Origin: Candidatus Aminicenantales bacterium
GTDB lineage: Bacteria; Acidobacteriota; Aminicenantia; Aminicenantales; UBA4085
Reading direction: 5' to 3'
Length of the DNA: 53,392 bases
NCBI GenBank assembly: GCA_049515535.1
Contig: JBEKTZ010000005.1
Location: forward strand, 186,001-239,392
A program made the translations under genes and the position numbers. Under the pieces are notes generated by a model. It was not told the origin of the DNA, made no database searches, and saw only the letters and a list, made by a program, of their open reading frames with translations. Positions 33,779 through 42,905 of the stretch are shown here, piece by piece; position 1 is the stretch's first letter, and each line of letters starts with the position of its first letter.

Positions 33779-34528
33779 TCACGCATGCTCCTCTTCGTGG
33801 GCGACGGCGCCGGAGATATAGATGCAGGCGAGGAGGACGAAGACGAACGCCTGGAGAACCCCGGTGAACAAGGAGAGGGCCATAAAGGGAAGCGGGAGAA
33901 AATAGGGGATGATCGAGGCGATGACGACGATCAGGACCTCCTCGGCGAAGATATTGCTGAAAAGCCGGATGGACAGGGACAGCGGCCTGGAAAAATGGCT
34001 GATGAGCTCGATCGGAAGCATGAGCGGCGCGAGGAACGGGATCGGCCCGATGAACTGCTTCAGGTATTTGAGGATGCCCTGGGCCTTCATGCCCTGGTAA
34101 TGGTAATAAACGAACACGGTCAGAGCGCAGCCGATGGTCACGTTCAGCTTGCTCGTCGGAGACATGAGCCCGGGGATGAGACCCAGGAGGTTCGAACAGA
34201 GAATGAACAGCCCGACCGTGCCGATCATAGGCAGGAATTTTTTGCCTTCGGGGCCGATGATATCAGTCATGAGATCCTCGAGGAAGCCGATGATGATCTC
34301 GAGGACATTCTGGAGTTTCCCGGGCACGAGCGAGCGCTTCCGCGCCGCGAGCCAAAGAAAAACGGTCAGGAAAACGGCGACGATGAGGGCCATGACGATA
34401 TAATCGGGAATGCAGCGGGCGGGGTCTTTGACGTGAATGCCGAACAGGCCGAGCAGGGCGGCGACGGGTTTTCCGAAAATACGATTGAACACCTCGACAA
34501 TGAATAAGCTGTGTTCTAGTCCTTCCAT
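33779..34528 (-). CDS. atpB: F0 ATP synthase subunit a
   Basis: PGKLQN, NLLGLIPG, PIELIS…RPLSLSIRLF and LQAFVF motifs. Confidence 0.96.
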   Translation of the reverse strand: MEGLEHSLFIVEVFNRIFGKPVAALLGLFGIHVKDPARCIPDYIVMALIVAVFLTVFLWLAARKRSLVPGKLQNVLEIIIGFLEDLMTDIIGPEGKKFLPMIGTVGLFILCSNLLGLIPGLMSPTSKLNVTIGCALTVFVYYHYQGMKAQGILKYLKQFIGPIPFLAPLMLPIELISHFSRPLSLSIRLFSNIFAEEVLIVVIASIIPYFLPLPFMALSLFTGVLQAFVFVLLACIYISGAVAHEEEHA

Positions 34529-34926
34529 GTCTTTATATGGGCGAGCGCCCGGACCGTTTCGACCAGGAAAACGGGGATGACCGTCGAAAAACCCGCGGCG
34601 AACGCCAAAAGTTTCCTTGGATAAAAGAAAATTATAATTAAAAATACGGCAAGAATCAACACGAAACGGCCCAGATAGAACAGGATACCCGAGCGCAGAG
34701 CCGTCGTTTTGTCCCCTTGGAGGACCCGGGTCAACGAGCTCTCGAGCCAGATGAATCCCAAGGTCGCGAGCGCCCCCCCCGCGAAGAAGAACAGGCCGGT
34801 CAACGGGCCGAACAGGATGGCCGTTCCGAATCCAAGAGCGGCCGCCGCCAGGATCACCTCGACGGGAATTCGCCGCAGGATCTTTTCCTCGACCGGGTCG
34901 ACAAGCATGACCGGCTCCTTTTTCAT
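34516..34926 (-). CDS. atpI: ATP synthase subunit I
   Basis: Four-TM protein directly upstream of atpB. Confidence 0.75.
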   Translation of the reverse strand: MKKEPVMLVDPVEEKILRRIPVEVILAAAALGFGTAILFGPLTGLFFFAGGALATLGFIWLESSLTRVLQGDKTTALRSGILFYLGRFVLILAVFLIIIFFYPRKLLAFAAGFSTVIPVFLVETVRALAHIKTWKD

Positions 34927-35174
34927 TCCAAATCTTCCTTATTATACTTGATAATCCCCCGGATCAGGCTGAAGAGACCCGAAGCGACGCCAAGGGGGGT
35001 GAAAATCATCATCAGCCAGGGCTTGGTCCCCAGCCACTTATCGAGCCAATACCCCAGAAACAAGCCGACGGCGATCGACGACGGCAGCATCAGCGCCAGG
35101 GAGCTGATATTGGCGAGCTTCCGATAATTGGATTCTTTTTTTGGAGACACGATACCTGTTTCCTTATTATTCAA
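34923..35174 (-). CDS. atpZ: AtpZ/AtpI family small membrane protein
   Basis: GLFLGYWLDKWLGTKPW motif; context. Confidence 0.85.
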   Translation of the reverse strand: MNNKETGIVSPKKESNYRKLANISSLALMLPSSIAVGLFLGYWLDKWLGTKPWLMMIFTPLGVASGLFSLIRGIIKYNKEDLE

Positions 35175-38100
35175 CAGACGGTGACGCTCAGGCCTTTCCC
35201 GCTGATGTCATACTCGAAGAATCTCGCCCTTTCGTTGGGTGGTCCGGACTCCAGCCGGGCTCTGACCTCTTCGGCGTCTCCGGGCGATTTGGCGACGATC
35301 AGGAGGAAACCGCCTCCGCCCGCTCCCAGCAATTTAGCGCCGTGCATGAGGGGCCCGATTTTCTTTAGAACGGATTCGATGATGTCCGTCGTCGAGTCCG
35401 GGTCGATTTGTTTGTTGAGGTTCCAGGCCCTTTCGATCAGTTCGCCGAACCGTTTCATGTCCTTGCCGGCCATCGCCTCGCTCATCAGGGGCGGAAAGGC
35501 GTGGAGGGCCCGCAAGGTCCGCATGGCTCGCCGGTCCCGGTCGAGATATTTGCCCACGACGCTGCGGAGGATGTTCTTGGCCAACCGCCGCAAGCCCGTG
35601 TAATACAACAGGGTCTGTCCCTTATTGACGCCCGGATCGAGCACGTCGGGCGTAATGTAATGGATCCGCGGATTGGGAATCAGCCCGGGGTCCGTGGTGA
35701 TGACCTTCACGCCCGGCAGAACTCCGCCGATCTGGTCCTGCCATCCTCCCCCCGTCGTCAATTCCTGCTCGAGTTGGAGCACACGATGAAAAAGCTCCCG
35801 CGGCGAGAGGGTCCGACCCATCATCCGGTGGACGACGGCCGTCAGGGCCGCGCCCATGATGCTCGACGTCCCCAACCCGCTTCCCGAGGGGATGGCCGCC
35901 AGGGTCGTCAATTCGATCCCGCCTCCGTATCTTTTCAGCATATCCCGGAGCGTCCTCGTCCCTCTCGGCCAGGCCGCCGTTTCGAGAGAAAATCCGGAAA
36001 GCGCGAGCGCCGCCCTGGCCAGGCCGAATTGGCTCGTGGGCTTTCGATAATCCAGCAGCTCGTCCAGCGTTCTGATGGTGATCCCCGCGCCATGGTCGAT
36101 TGAATAGACCTTGATGGTCAGATCCCCGGTCACGCGGGCATAGACCTGGATGGGCGGCTGGCCGTTGAGATTGACGGCCGCGTTGATGACGCAGCCGCCG
36201 TGTTCCAGGGAATAGGGCGGCGTGTCCGACCATCCCCCGCCCAGATCGAGACGGGCCGGGGCGCGGCCCCAGATGATCTCGTCCGAGCGTAGCGCGCTCC
36301 TCGGATGATCTTCGGCCGGGGCTGAGCTGAGGACGATGGTCCGGCCCACGTTCTCGAACGCCGCGTCGCGCGCCGCCTGCGCCCACGCGGCCGCGGAGCC
36401 CGAGGAAAGCGCGGGAATCTTCAGCGATTCGAGCCAGGCTTTTTCTTCGGCGGAGAGGCTGGCCTCGGCTCCGCGCAATAATTTCTTGACCCGGAACCCT
36501 TTACGGCCGTCGAGGCTCTGGACGGCCGAGCCCAGGCTGTGGAGGACCCTGGAAACCGCGAGGTTTTCCATCCCGGGAGACCGGAATTTTTTCCCGGACT
36601 GTCGATGGGCTTCCTTGATGATGACCGCCGGCCACAGGGCTCTCTTCTCCGGCCGGAGATGGAGCAGAACATGGACGAGCTCGTCGGCGGAGAACTCGCT
36701 CCGCGAATCGAACAGCCGCGGGACGTTCCCGGAAATCTCCTCAGCCCGGTTTTCGAGTCGCCGCGCGTGAAAATCGTCCAGCGAGGCGCGGCGCGCCGTT
36801 TCTTCGAAACTGGAGCGAGGCGCTGATCGCCACGCTTTTTTTTGGGCGTCGGAAGCTTTTTCCGGCTCGAGCATCCAAAGCCATTTTTCGTAATCTCCGG
36901 GACGGGTGACGACAGGGAAGAAACGTCCGTTCCAGATTTTTCGGTCTTTCGGCCCGATTTCGGCCGGCCAGACGTCTTCAGCCCGCGCCTCCATGAGCTT
37001 GAGCCATTCCCCGATCGGCCGGTTGAGAAACAGGGCGCCCCGGTCCTCGGTTTGCCGGGTCCCGTCATCGATTCCGTAACAGCGCACGAACAAGGCGTTC
37101 TTGCCTTTCCGGGCTTTCCCTTTGAGGATGTCCAAAACCGTCCCCGGCGGCAGGGATACCGGGGTGTCCACGTCGACGCCGGCCACGACATTCTCGCCCC
37201 CTAGAGTCAAGGATGCTCGAACGCGACATCCTTCGATCCAGGAGTCGGAGCCGATGATCTTGCCGTTCTCGGAGATTCCGTTGTTGATATTGAGGCAGGC
37301 CGGATGACGCGCCATGCGGCGGTTTCCGGCCAGAAGCTCATTCCCGCCGGCGATGAGCTGACGGGACGTGCCGAAATGCAGGAAGTCGCAGCGGGGCAAG
37401 AGGGACAGGAAAAAGGGAATTTTCCGCAGCGATCGGTAAATTCGCCGGAGACTGTCCGTCGAGAGGCGGGAGCCGGCGCGCCGGACGGATTTCGAATAAT
37501 CCGGCCAGGTCGTTTCCCGGCCCATGGCGCTCGTGATCTCGCGATAAAAATCGAGCCCGGATTCCTCGATGTCGCGGCCGAACTCGCCGTCCCAGCTCCA
37601 TTTTCCTGAACCGGTCCGACCAGCGCCGCAAAGCTCGACGAGCTCGGCCGCGGTCGGCCCATCGAAGCTGAAAACGCCGATATCGAGAACGGATTGTCCG
37701 GCATGGTCGATGGCGCCTTTTTCGGCTTGTTCCTCCACGGACGGTTTTTGAAGATAGGTCCGGACCCGGCCGCCGGGATCGGCGCAGATCACGCCGTGAT
37801 TTTTGGCCGTCTCGGGGGCGGCTTCGCAGCCCAGACCGGTGATTCCGGCATGATCGAAATGGACTTTTTCCGCGTCGAAAAAGAGGAGGACATCGCCGGA
37901 AGCCACGACCACCTGCCCTTTTCCGCCGGCATGAAGCGGCAGGGTCAGATAAATCGGCAGCAGCCTGTCGAAAATGGAGAGCGGCAGGGCTTGATCGGAT
38001 TCCCCGGGAATCGGGACAAAAATTTTCCCGCAGGAGCCGTAGGCCGGCACCCGCTTGGAATCCCCGCCCGCGTGGATGATGAGAATTCGCAGATTCGAAA

Positions 38101-38365
38101 AGATCGAAGCGCCGTATCGCGCATGGTATCTGCCCGATGGTTTTAGCCCTGATTGTTCTTGATGATTGAGCACGGCCAGGAGGCAGAGGAGCGTGCTCCC
38201 GCCGCTTCCGATCCGCTTTCCTCTCGTATCGGGAACGACCAGGATATTTTTCACGTCCGGGATGAGCCCCAGGCGGTTTCTCAGGCCGAGAAGCTTACGG
38301 AAGGCCGCGGCCTGCATGTCGTTTCCGGCCGTCAGGATGAGATAATCCCACATTTCGTTTTCCAT
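35171..38365 (-). CDS. fkp: Bifunctional L-fucokinase/NDP-sugar pyrophosphorylase (Fkp-like)
   Basis: N-terminal RIGSGGSTL and HAGGDSKR…GKIF; C-terminal GHMP kinase motifs PARLDLGGGWSDTPP, PSGSGLGTSS, GGGWQDQ and GAGGGG. Confidence 0.88.
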   Translation of the reverse strand: MENEMWDYLILTAGNDMQAAAFRKLLGLRNRLGLIPDVKNILVVPDTRGKRIGSGGSTLLCLLAVLNHQEQSGLKPSGRYHARYGASIFSNLRILIIHAGGDSKRVPAYGSCGKIFVPIPGESDQALPLSIFDRLLPIYLTLPLHAGGKGQVVVASGDVLLFFDAEKVHFDHAGITGLGCEAAPETAKNHGVICADPGGRVRTYLQKPSVEEQAEKGAIDHAGQSVLDIGVFSFDGPTAAELVELCGAGRTGSGKWSWDGEFGRDIEESGLDFYREITSAMGRETTWPDYSKSVRRAGSRLSTDSLRRIYRSLRKIPFFLSLLPRCDFLHFGTSRQLIAGGNELLAGNRRMARHPACLNINNGISENGKIIGSDSWIEGCRVRASLTLGGENVVAGVDVDTPVSLPPGTVLDILKGKARKGKNALFVRCYGIDDGTRQTEDRGALFLNRPIGEWLKLMEARAEDVWPAEIGPKDRKIWNGRFFPVVTRPGDYEKWLWMLEPEKASDAQKKAWRSAPRSSFEETARRASLDDFHARRLENRAEEISGNVPRLFDSRSEFSADELVHVLLHLRPEKRALWPAVIIKEAHRQSGKKFRSPGMENLAVSRVLHSLGSAVQSLDGRKGFRVKKLLRGAEASLSAEEKAWLESLKIPALSSGSAAAWAQAARDAAFENVGRTIVLSSAPAEDHPRSALRSDEIIWGRAPARLDLGGGWSDTPPYSLEHGGCVINAAVNLNGQPPIQVYARVTGDLTIKVYSIDHGAGITIRTLDELLDYRKPTSQFGLARAALALSGFSLETAAWPRGTRTLRDMLKRYGGGIELTTLAAIPSGSGLGTSSIMGAALTAVVHRMMGRTLSPRELFHRVLQLEQELTTGGGWQDQIGGVLPGVKVITTDPGLIPNPRIHYITPDVLDPGVNKGQTLLYYTGLRRLAKNILRSVVGKYLDRDRRAMRTLRALHAFPPLMSEAMAGKDMKRFGELIERAWNLNKQIDPDSTTDIIESVLKKIGPLMHGAKLLGAGGGGFLLIVAKSPGDAEEVRARLESGPPNERARFFEYDISGKGLSVTVC

Positions 38366-38378
38366 CGGGAATCAGCGT

Positions 38379-39443
38379 CTATTTTTTAGCGTTTTCCACG
38401 GCGGCTGGGGCCCCGGGCTTTGCCCGGGGGTCCACTTCCGCCGTACTCGCCCGTGGATATAAGCTACGGGCGAGTGGCGAGTCGAAGGCTCGTCCCTTGA
38501 CCTGCTTCCTGATCCAGGGATAAGTCCGCGTAATTCCTTCCTTCAGGGAATATTTTGATTTCCACCCGATCGAGGAGATCCGGTCGTTGGTGAAGTTTCT
38601 GGCCTGGACCCCCACAGGGCCCTGGATATGTTTGAGATGGATTTTCTTGCCCGAGACGTCGACGATCGTCCGGACGAGCTCGTCCACGGAAACATACTCG
38701 CGGCGGCCGATATTCACGCCGTTTTCGAGGCCGGACCGCATCAGCAGGAGGATGCCCTCGATCATGTCGTCGATGTACGTGTACGCCCGCATGGCCGAGC
38801 CGTCGCCCCAGACTTCGATCGTGCCGCCGTCCTTGGCTTCGGCGATTTTCCGGCAAAGGGCGGCCGGCGCTTTTTCCCGGCCTCCCCGCCATGTCCCTTC
38901 GGGGCCGTAGCAGTTTTGAAACCGGGCGAGGCGCACGATCATCCCATAGCGGCGGCCGTAGGCCATGGCCGCGCGCTCCGCGTAGAGCTTTTCCCAGCCG
39001 TATTCGTTATCGGGCAGGGCGGGATACGCGTCCTTTTCCGATAGATCCGGTTCGTCGGATCTCATGTTCCGGTAAACGCAAGCTGACGAGGAGAAGAAAT
39101 AGCGCCTGACTCCCTTGCTCGCCGCGGCCTGGGTCATGTGGATATTGATCAGGGCACTGTTCCTCATGATCTCGCATTCGGCCGAGTGAATGAAGCCCAT
39201 CCCGCCCATATCGGCGGCCAATTGGTAGACCTCGTCGAACGGCTCGCCGCCCGGAAGCGTCACGGCCGCCAGGCTGTTTTTTTCCTCGCGGAGGTCCAGG
39301 AGCAGGAATTCATCCGCGGCGGTCTTGGAAAATTCCGGGGTTTTCAGGTCGACCCCGCGCACCCAATGCCCGTCCTTTTTGAGCCTGCTCGCCAGATGAC
39401 TTCCGATGAATCCCCCGGCTCCGCACACGAGTATTTTGGCCAT
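38379..39443 (-). CDS. GDP-mannose 3,5-epimerase-like NAD-dependent epimerase
   Basis: GAGGFIGSH, LAADMGGMGFI, SSACVY, YGWEK and GGREKAPAA motifs typical of GME. The C-terminus is repeat-derived. Confidence 0.87.
   Translation of the reverse strand: MAKILVCGAGGFIGSHLASRLKKDGHWVRGVDLKTPEFSKTAADEFLLLDLREEKNSLAAVTLPGGEPFDEVYQLAADMGGMGFIHSAECEIMRNSALINIHMTQAAASKGVRRYFFSSSACVYRNMRSDEPDLSEKDAYPALPDNEYGWEKLYAERAAMAYGRRYGMIVRLARFQNCYGPEGTWRGGREKAPAALCRKIAEAKDGGTIEVWGDGSAMRAYTYIDDMIEGILLLMRSGLENGVNIGRREYVSVDELVRTIVDVSGKKIHLKHIQGPVGVQARNFTNDRISSIGWKSKYSLKEGITRTYPWIRKQVKGRAFDSPLARSLYPRASTAEVDPRAKPGAPAAVENAKK
38399..38501 (-). repeat. Palindromic REP/MITE-like element, long form (103 nt), copy D, inside the epimerase CDS
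   Basis: Near-identical to 28707-28809; translated as VKGRAFDSPLARSLYPRASTAEVDPRAKPGAPAA. Confidence 0.9.
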
Positions 39444-39586
39444 GGCCGCCTCCTCTCCATTAAAAAAGAATTCTATATAAAAAGGCGAGCCCGCGCAAAT
39501 TCTCGGGGGAGGCCATGGGATCTTGCCAAATTCGAGGAAGTTATGGTAATTTAAGGCCTGGTTGATTTTATCGAGGAGGGTTGATG

Positions 39587-40525
39587 ATGAATGATGCGTA
39601 CCGCTCTTTCGGCTGGATCCCCGATTATCCCGATTTCCGGGATTATACCGAGGGATCCGCTTCGATCCGGGAGGTCCTTCTCCCGACCAGGCTGCCCATG
39701 GGGCGCGCGGTCCCGGGCCAAGGCGGGGCGAAAGCCGCGAAGGCCGTCTCCGCCGCCGGGAAAACGAAACCGGGGGGTCTCCCCGCGTCGACCGACCTCC
39801 GCGCCTGGTGTTCGCCCGTCGAAGACCAACGCAAGCTCGGCTCGTGCACGGCGAACGCCGGCGTCGGCGTCATCGAGTATTATGAGCGCAAGGCCTTCGG
39901 CCGGCACATCGACGCCTCGCGCTTGTTCCTCTACAAGGTGACGCGTAATCTCATGAAACAGAAGGGCGACACCGGCGCTTACCTCCGCAGGACGATGGGG
40001 GCGATGGTCCTTTTCGGTGTTCCGCCCGAGGAGTATTGGCCTTACACCGACGACGAGGAGAAATTCGACAAGGAGCCTCCCGCTTTTTGCTACGCCTTCG
40101 CCCAGAGCTATAAGACCCTGCAATATTATCGCCACGACCCGCGCGGGACCATGCCCGGAGCCGTCCTCGAACGCGTCAAGACGTATTTGGCCGCCGGCCA
40201 TCCCGCGATGTTCGGGTTCACGGTCTATAGCTCCATCGAGACGGCGGACAAAAGGGGGGCCATCCCGTTTCCGGGTCCGTCCGAGCGGATCCTGGGCGGA
40301 CACGCCGTCGCGGCCGTCGGCTATGACGACAGGATCAAGATCGCCAACGCCTCGAGCGGCGGCGAATGCGCGGGCGCGCTCCTCATCCGCAATTCCTGGG
40401 GCAGCGGCTGGGGCGACGGCGGCTACGGCTGGCTGCCTTACGAATATCTCCTCAAAGGTCTGGCCGAAGATTTCTGGTCGGTCTTGAAAAAAGAGTGGGT
40501 CGATACCGGCGCGTTCAACGTCTAG
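39587..40525 (+). CDS. Papain-family (C1A) cysteine peptidase, no obvious signal peptide
   Basis: FGWIPD, DQRKLGSCTAN, SRLFLY, GHAV and RNSWG…WGDGGYG motifs; GAGGAGG RBS. Alternative starts at 39581 and 39584. Confidence 0.92.
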   Translation: MNDAYRSFGWIPDYPDFRDYTEGSASIREVLLPTRLPMGRAVPGQGGAKAAKAVSAAGKTKPGGLPASTDLRAWCSPVEDQRKLGSCTANAGVGVIEYYERKAFGRHIDASRLFLYKVTRNLMKQKGDTGAYLRRTMGAMVLFGVPPEEYWPYTDDEEKFDKEPPAFCYAFAQSYKTLQYYRHDPRGTMPGAVLERVKTYLAAGHPAMFGFTVYSSIETADKRGAIPFPGPSERILGGHAVAAVGYDDRIKIANASSGGECAGALLIRNSWGSGWGDGGYGWLPYEYLLKGLAEDFWSVLKKEWVDTGAFNV

Positions 40526-40647
40526 TTCGAAAACGATCTCGAATCTTTGGCCGGCGGGATCAAAGGTTTTGTGCTAGGGGACGGGGCTTCGTCTTGAATT
40601 TTTCCATGGATTGATTAATAGGGGAGGGTCGTGTAAGATTTTCATCG

Positions 40648-42825
40648 ATGTCCAAGTCTGCGCTCTGGAAGATCGTCCTCTTCGCCCTGCTCTGCCTCAG
40701 CCTCCCGTCCGTCGTCCGCGCCCAGCAAAAAACGGTTGCGACTTTCGGAGAGTTGAACGTCCAGGCCTGGACCCAGGAGAAGCAGGAAGACCGGATCATC
40801 GCTTCGGGCGAAGTCGAGCTCACTTATAAGCAGATCAAGCTCTTTTGCGACCGGATCGACCTCGATACGAAAACCAAGGACGTCGTGGCCGTCGGGCACG
40901 TCTCTCTTCAGATGCCGGAAGAAGTCATCGATTGCGAAAAGCTTTCTTTCAACCTGGATACGAAGCAGGGGAAGATCGAAAAGGCCGCCGGCCGGATCCA
41001 GCCCTCGGTCCTTTATAACGCCGAGGTCGTCGAACGGAAATCGGAAAATCTATACAGCATGGAAAAAGCCGATTTCACGGCCTGCACGCAGCCGACGCCC
41101 CGCTGGAAATTCTCATTCTCCAAAGGGAACTTCAAAAAAAACGATTACGTGGAGATGTGGGGAGTCGTTTTTTCGATCAAGAACTTTCCCATTTTCTATT
41201 GGCCGTACATGCGCTATCCGCTCAACCAGCAGCGGGCGACGGGATTCCTGATGCCCCGGATCGGATTTTCCAAGGTCAAGGGCTTCTCCCTGTCCGAGGA
41301 GTTCTACTGGGCCATCGCCCGGAACATGGACGCGTCCTTCAGCCTGGACTATTACGCCGCGAAAGGCAAGGGCGGGGGGCTCGAATACCGGTATATTTTC
41401 GAAGGCGGGACGGGAGGCGAACTCCATCTTTATGGTTTCTTGTTTAATCTTGTTCCCGGCGAAACCGTGAAACCCGATAGCGCTTATATCATCCGCTGGA
41501 ACCACAACCAGACGCTCCCGGGCGGGATCAACCTTGTGGCGAACGTGGATTACCAGAATTCCTTCGCGTTCCTCAGGGAGTTCGACAACGATATCATGCG
41601 GGCCCTGGTCTTCAACCGCAGCTCGCAGATCTATCTTTCGAAATCCTGGTCCTCCTATAATTTCAGCCTGCGGGCGGCCCAATTTGAAACGGGCTTCCCT
41701 TCCTATAACGGCTCCATCGTGACCAAGTATTTGCCCCAGGTCAACTTCAGTTCGTACAAAATGAAAATCTTGTCGCCTTTGTATTTCTCGTTTTCCTCCT
41801 CGTTCAGCAGCTGGCAATACGGCTGGGATTACCAGTACACGGCGGGCACGCAGTTCAAGACCCAGGAATTCGGCTTCAGCCCGGCCTTGAGCCTCCCTTT
41901 CAACGCCATCCCCTGGTTGAACATGAATTTCGCCCTGGAAGGGTATCTCAAATATTATTGGCGGAGCTACCAGCCGGGAACCAGGAATATCGTCGACGAG
42001 CCGCTTCTCACCAAGAATTTCGCTTTCAGCGTGGATCTCATCGGGCCCGTCTTATACAAGATCTGGGATTTGGGAGAGGCCGACGGGGGCGATCCCTCGA
42101 ACGCGACGCGCTTGAAGCACGTCATCGAGCCGACGGTGTCCTACGAATACGAGAGCCCGATCCTCAACATGACGCAGGTCATCACTCCTTACGGACTGTT
42201 CCGTTATCATCAACTGAGCTACGGCCTGACCAACCATTTTCTTCTGAAGAAAGGGGGAGTTCCGCAGGAAATCTTCACCTGGGGCATCGGACAGACTTTT
42301 TATATATCGCCGGAAGACAGTCCCATGAGCTACTATCGGATCAACGGGGAAATCCCCAGGTTTTCCGAGATCAGCAACTATATCCGGTTTTTCCCGGGCG
42401 TCAAATACAGCTTCGATTTCAGCGCGAGCTACAATACCTATTTCAAAAGCTTTTCCAGCATCCGGCTGGGAGCGAATTTCGGGGCGCCGACGGACGACCT
42501 GTTTCTGAACATCAACTGGTACAAGAGCCTGAACCCCTATTACCCGGGTTCGCTCTGGGACCGCCACCAGGCCAACTTTTTCGGCGGGGTCAAGATCCCC
42601 GCTTTGTCCCTGGAAATGAAAGGCGAGATGGATTTCAACATCACCGAGAAAAAACTCCTCTTCGCCGCCGCGAACGTGACCTTTCATTTCCAGTGCCTCG
42701 ACCTTAAGTCCGAAGTGCGGCTCTATTTTTTCCGCGATACTCCCGATATCCAGATCAAATTCTCTTTGGGGCTGGGCAATATCGGCAAGACGACGGACTT
42801 CCTCGGCGGGGCGAGGTGGAATTAG
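40648..42825 (+). CDS. lptD: LPS-assembly protein LptD
   Basis: Signal peptide, OstA-like N-domain, FTAC…PRW, RATGFLMP, aromatic-rich beta-barrel and KHVIEP. Confidence 0.85.
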   Translation: MSKSALWKIVLFALLCLSLPSVVRAQQKTVATFGELNVQAWTQEKQEDRIIASGEVELTYKQIKLFCDRIDLDTKTKDVVAVGHVSLQMPEEVIDCEKLSFNLDTKQGKIEKAAGRIQPSVLYNAEVVERKSENLYSMEKADFTACTQPTPRWKFSFSKGNFKKNDYVEMWGVVFSIKNFPIFYWPYMRYPLNQQRATGFLMPRIGFSKVKGFSLSEEFYWAIARNMDASFSLDYYAAKGKGGGLEYRYIFEGGTGGELHLYGFLFNLVPGETVKPDSAYIIRWNHNQTLPGGINLVANVDYQNSFAFLREFDNDIMRALVFNRSSQIYLSKSWSSYNFSLRAAQFETGFPSYNGSIVTKYLPQVNFSSYKMKILSPLYFSFSSSFSSWQYGWDYQYTAGTQFKTQEFGFSPALSLPFNAIPWLNMNFALEGYLKYYWRSYQPGTRNIVDEPLLTKNFAFSVDLIGPVLYKIWDLGEADGGDPSNATRLKHVIEPTVSYEYESPILNMTQVITPYGLFRYHQLSYGLTNHFLLKKGGVPQEIFTWGIGQTFYISPEDSPMSYYRINGEIPRFSEISNYIRFFPGVKYSFDFSASYNTYFKSFSSIRLGANFGAPTDDLFLNINWYKSLNPYYPGSLWDRHQANFFGGVKIPALSLEMKGEMDFNITEKKLLFAAANVTFHFQCLDLKSEVRLYFFRDTPDIQIKFSLGLGNIGKTTDFLGGARWN

Positions 42826-42832
42826 GATATCC

Positions 42833-42904
42833 GCCGTCGCCGATATCCAGGGCCATGAGCGGCACGAGGAGGGCATCCGTGCCGGATGAGACGCCGACGC
42901 CGAA
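42833..42904 (-). pseudogene. Remnant of a DegT/DnrJ/EryC1/StrS (WbpE-like) aminotransferase
   Basis: Reads FGVGVSSGTDALLVPLMALDIGDG, the family's N-terminal signature, with no start and no remainder of the gene. Confidence 0.7.
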
Positions 42905-42905
42905 T

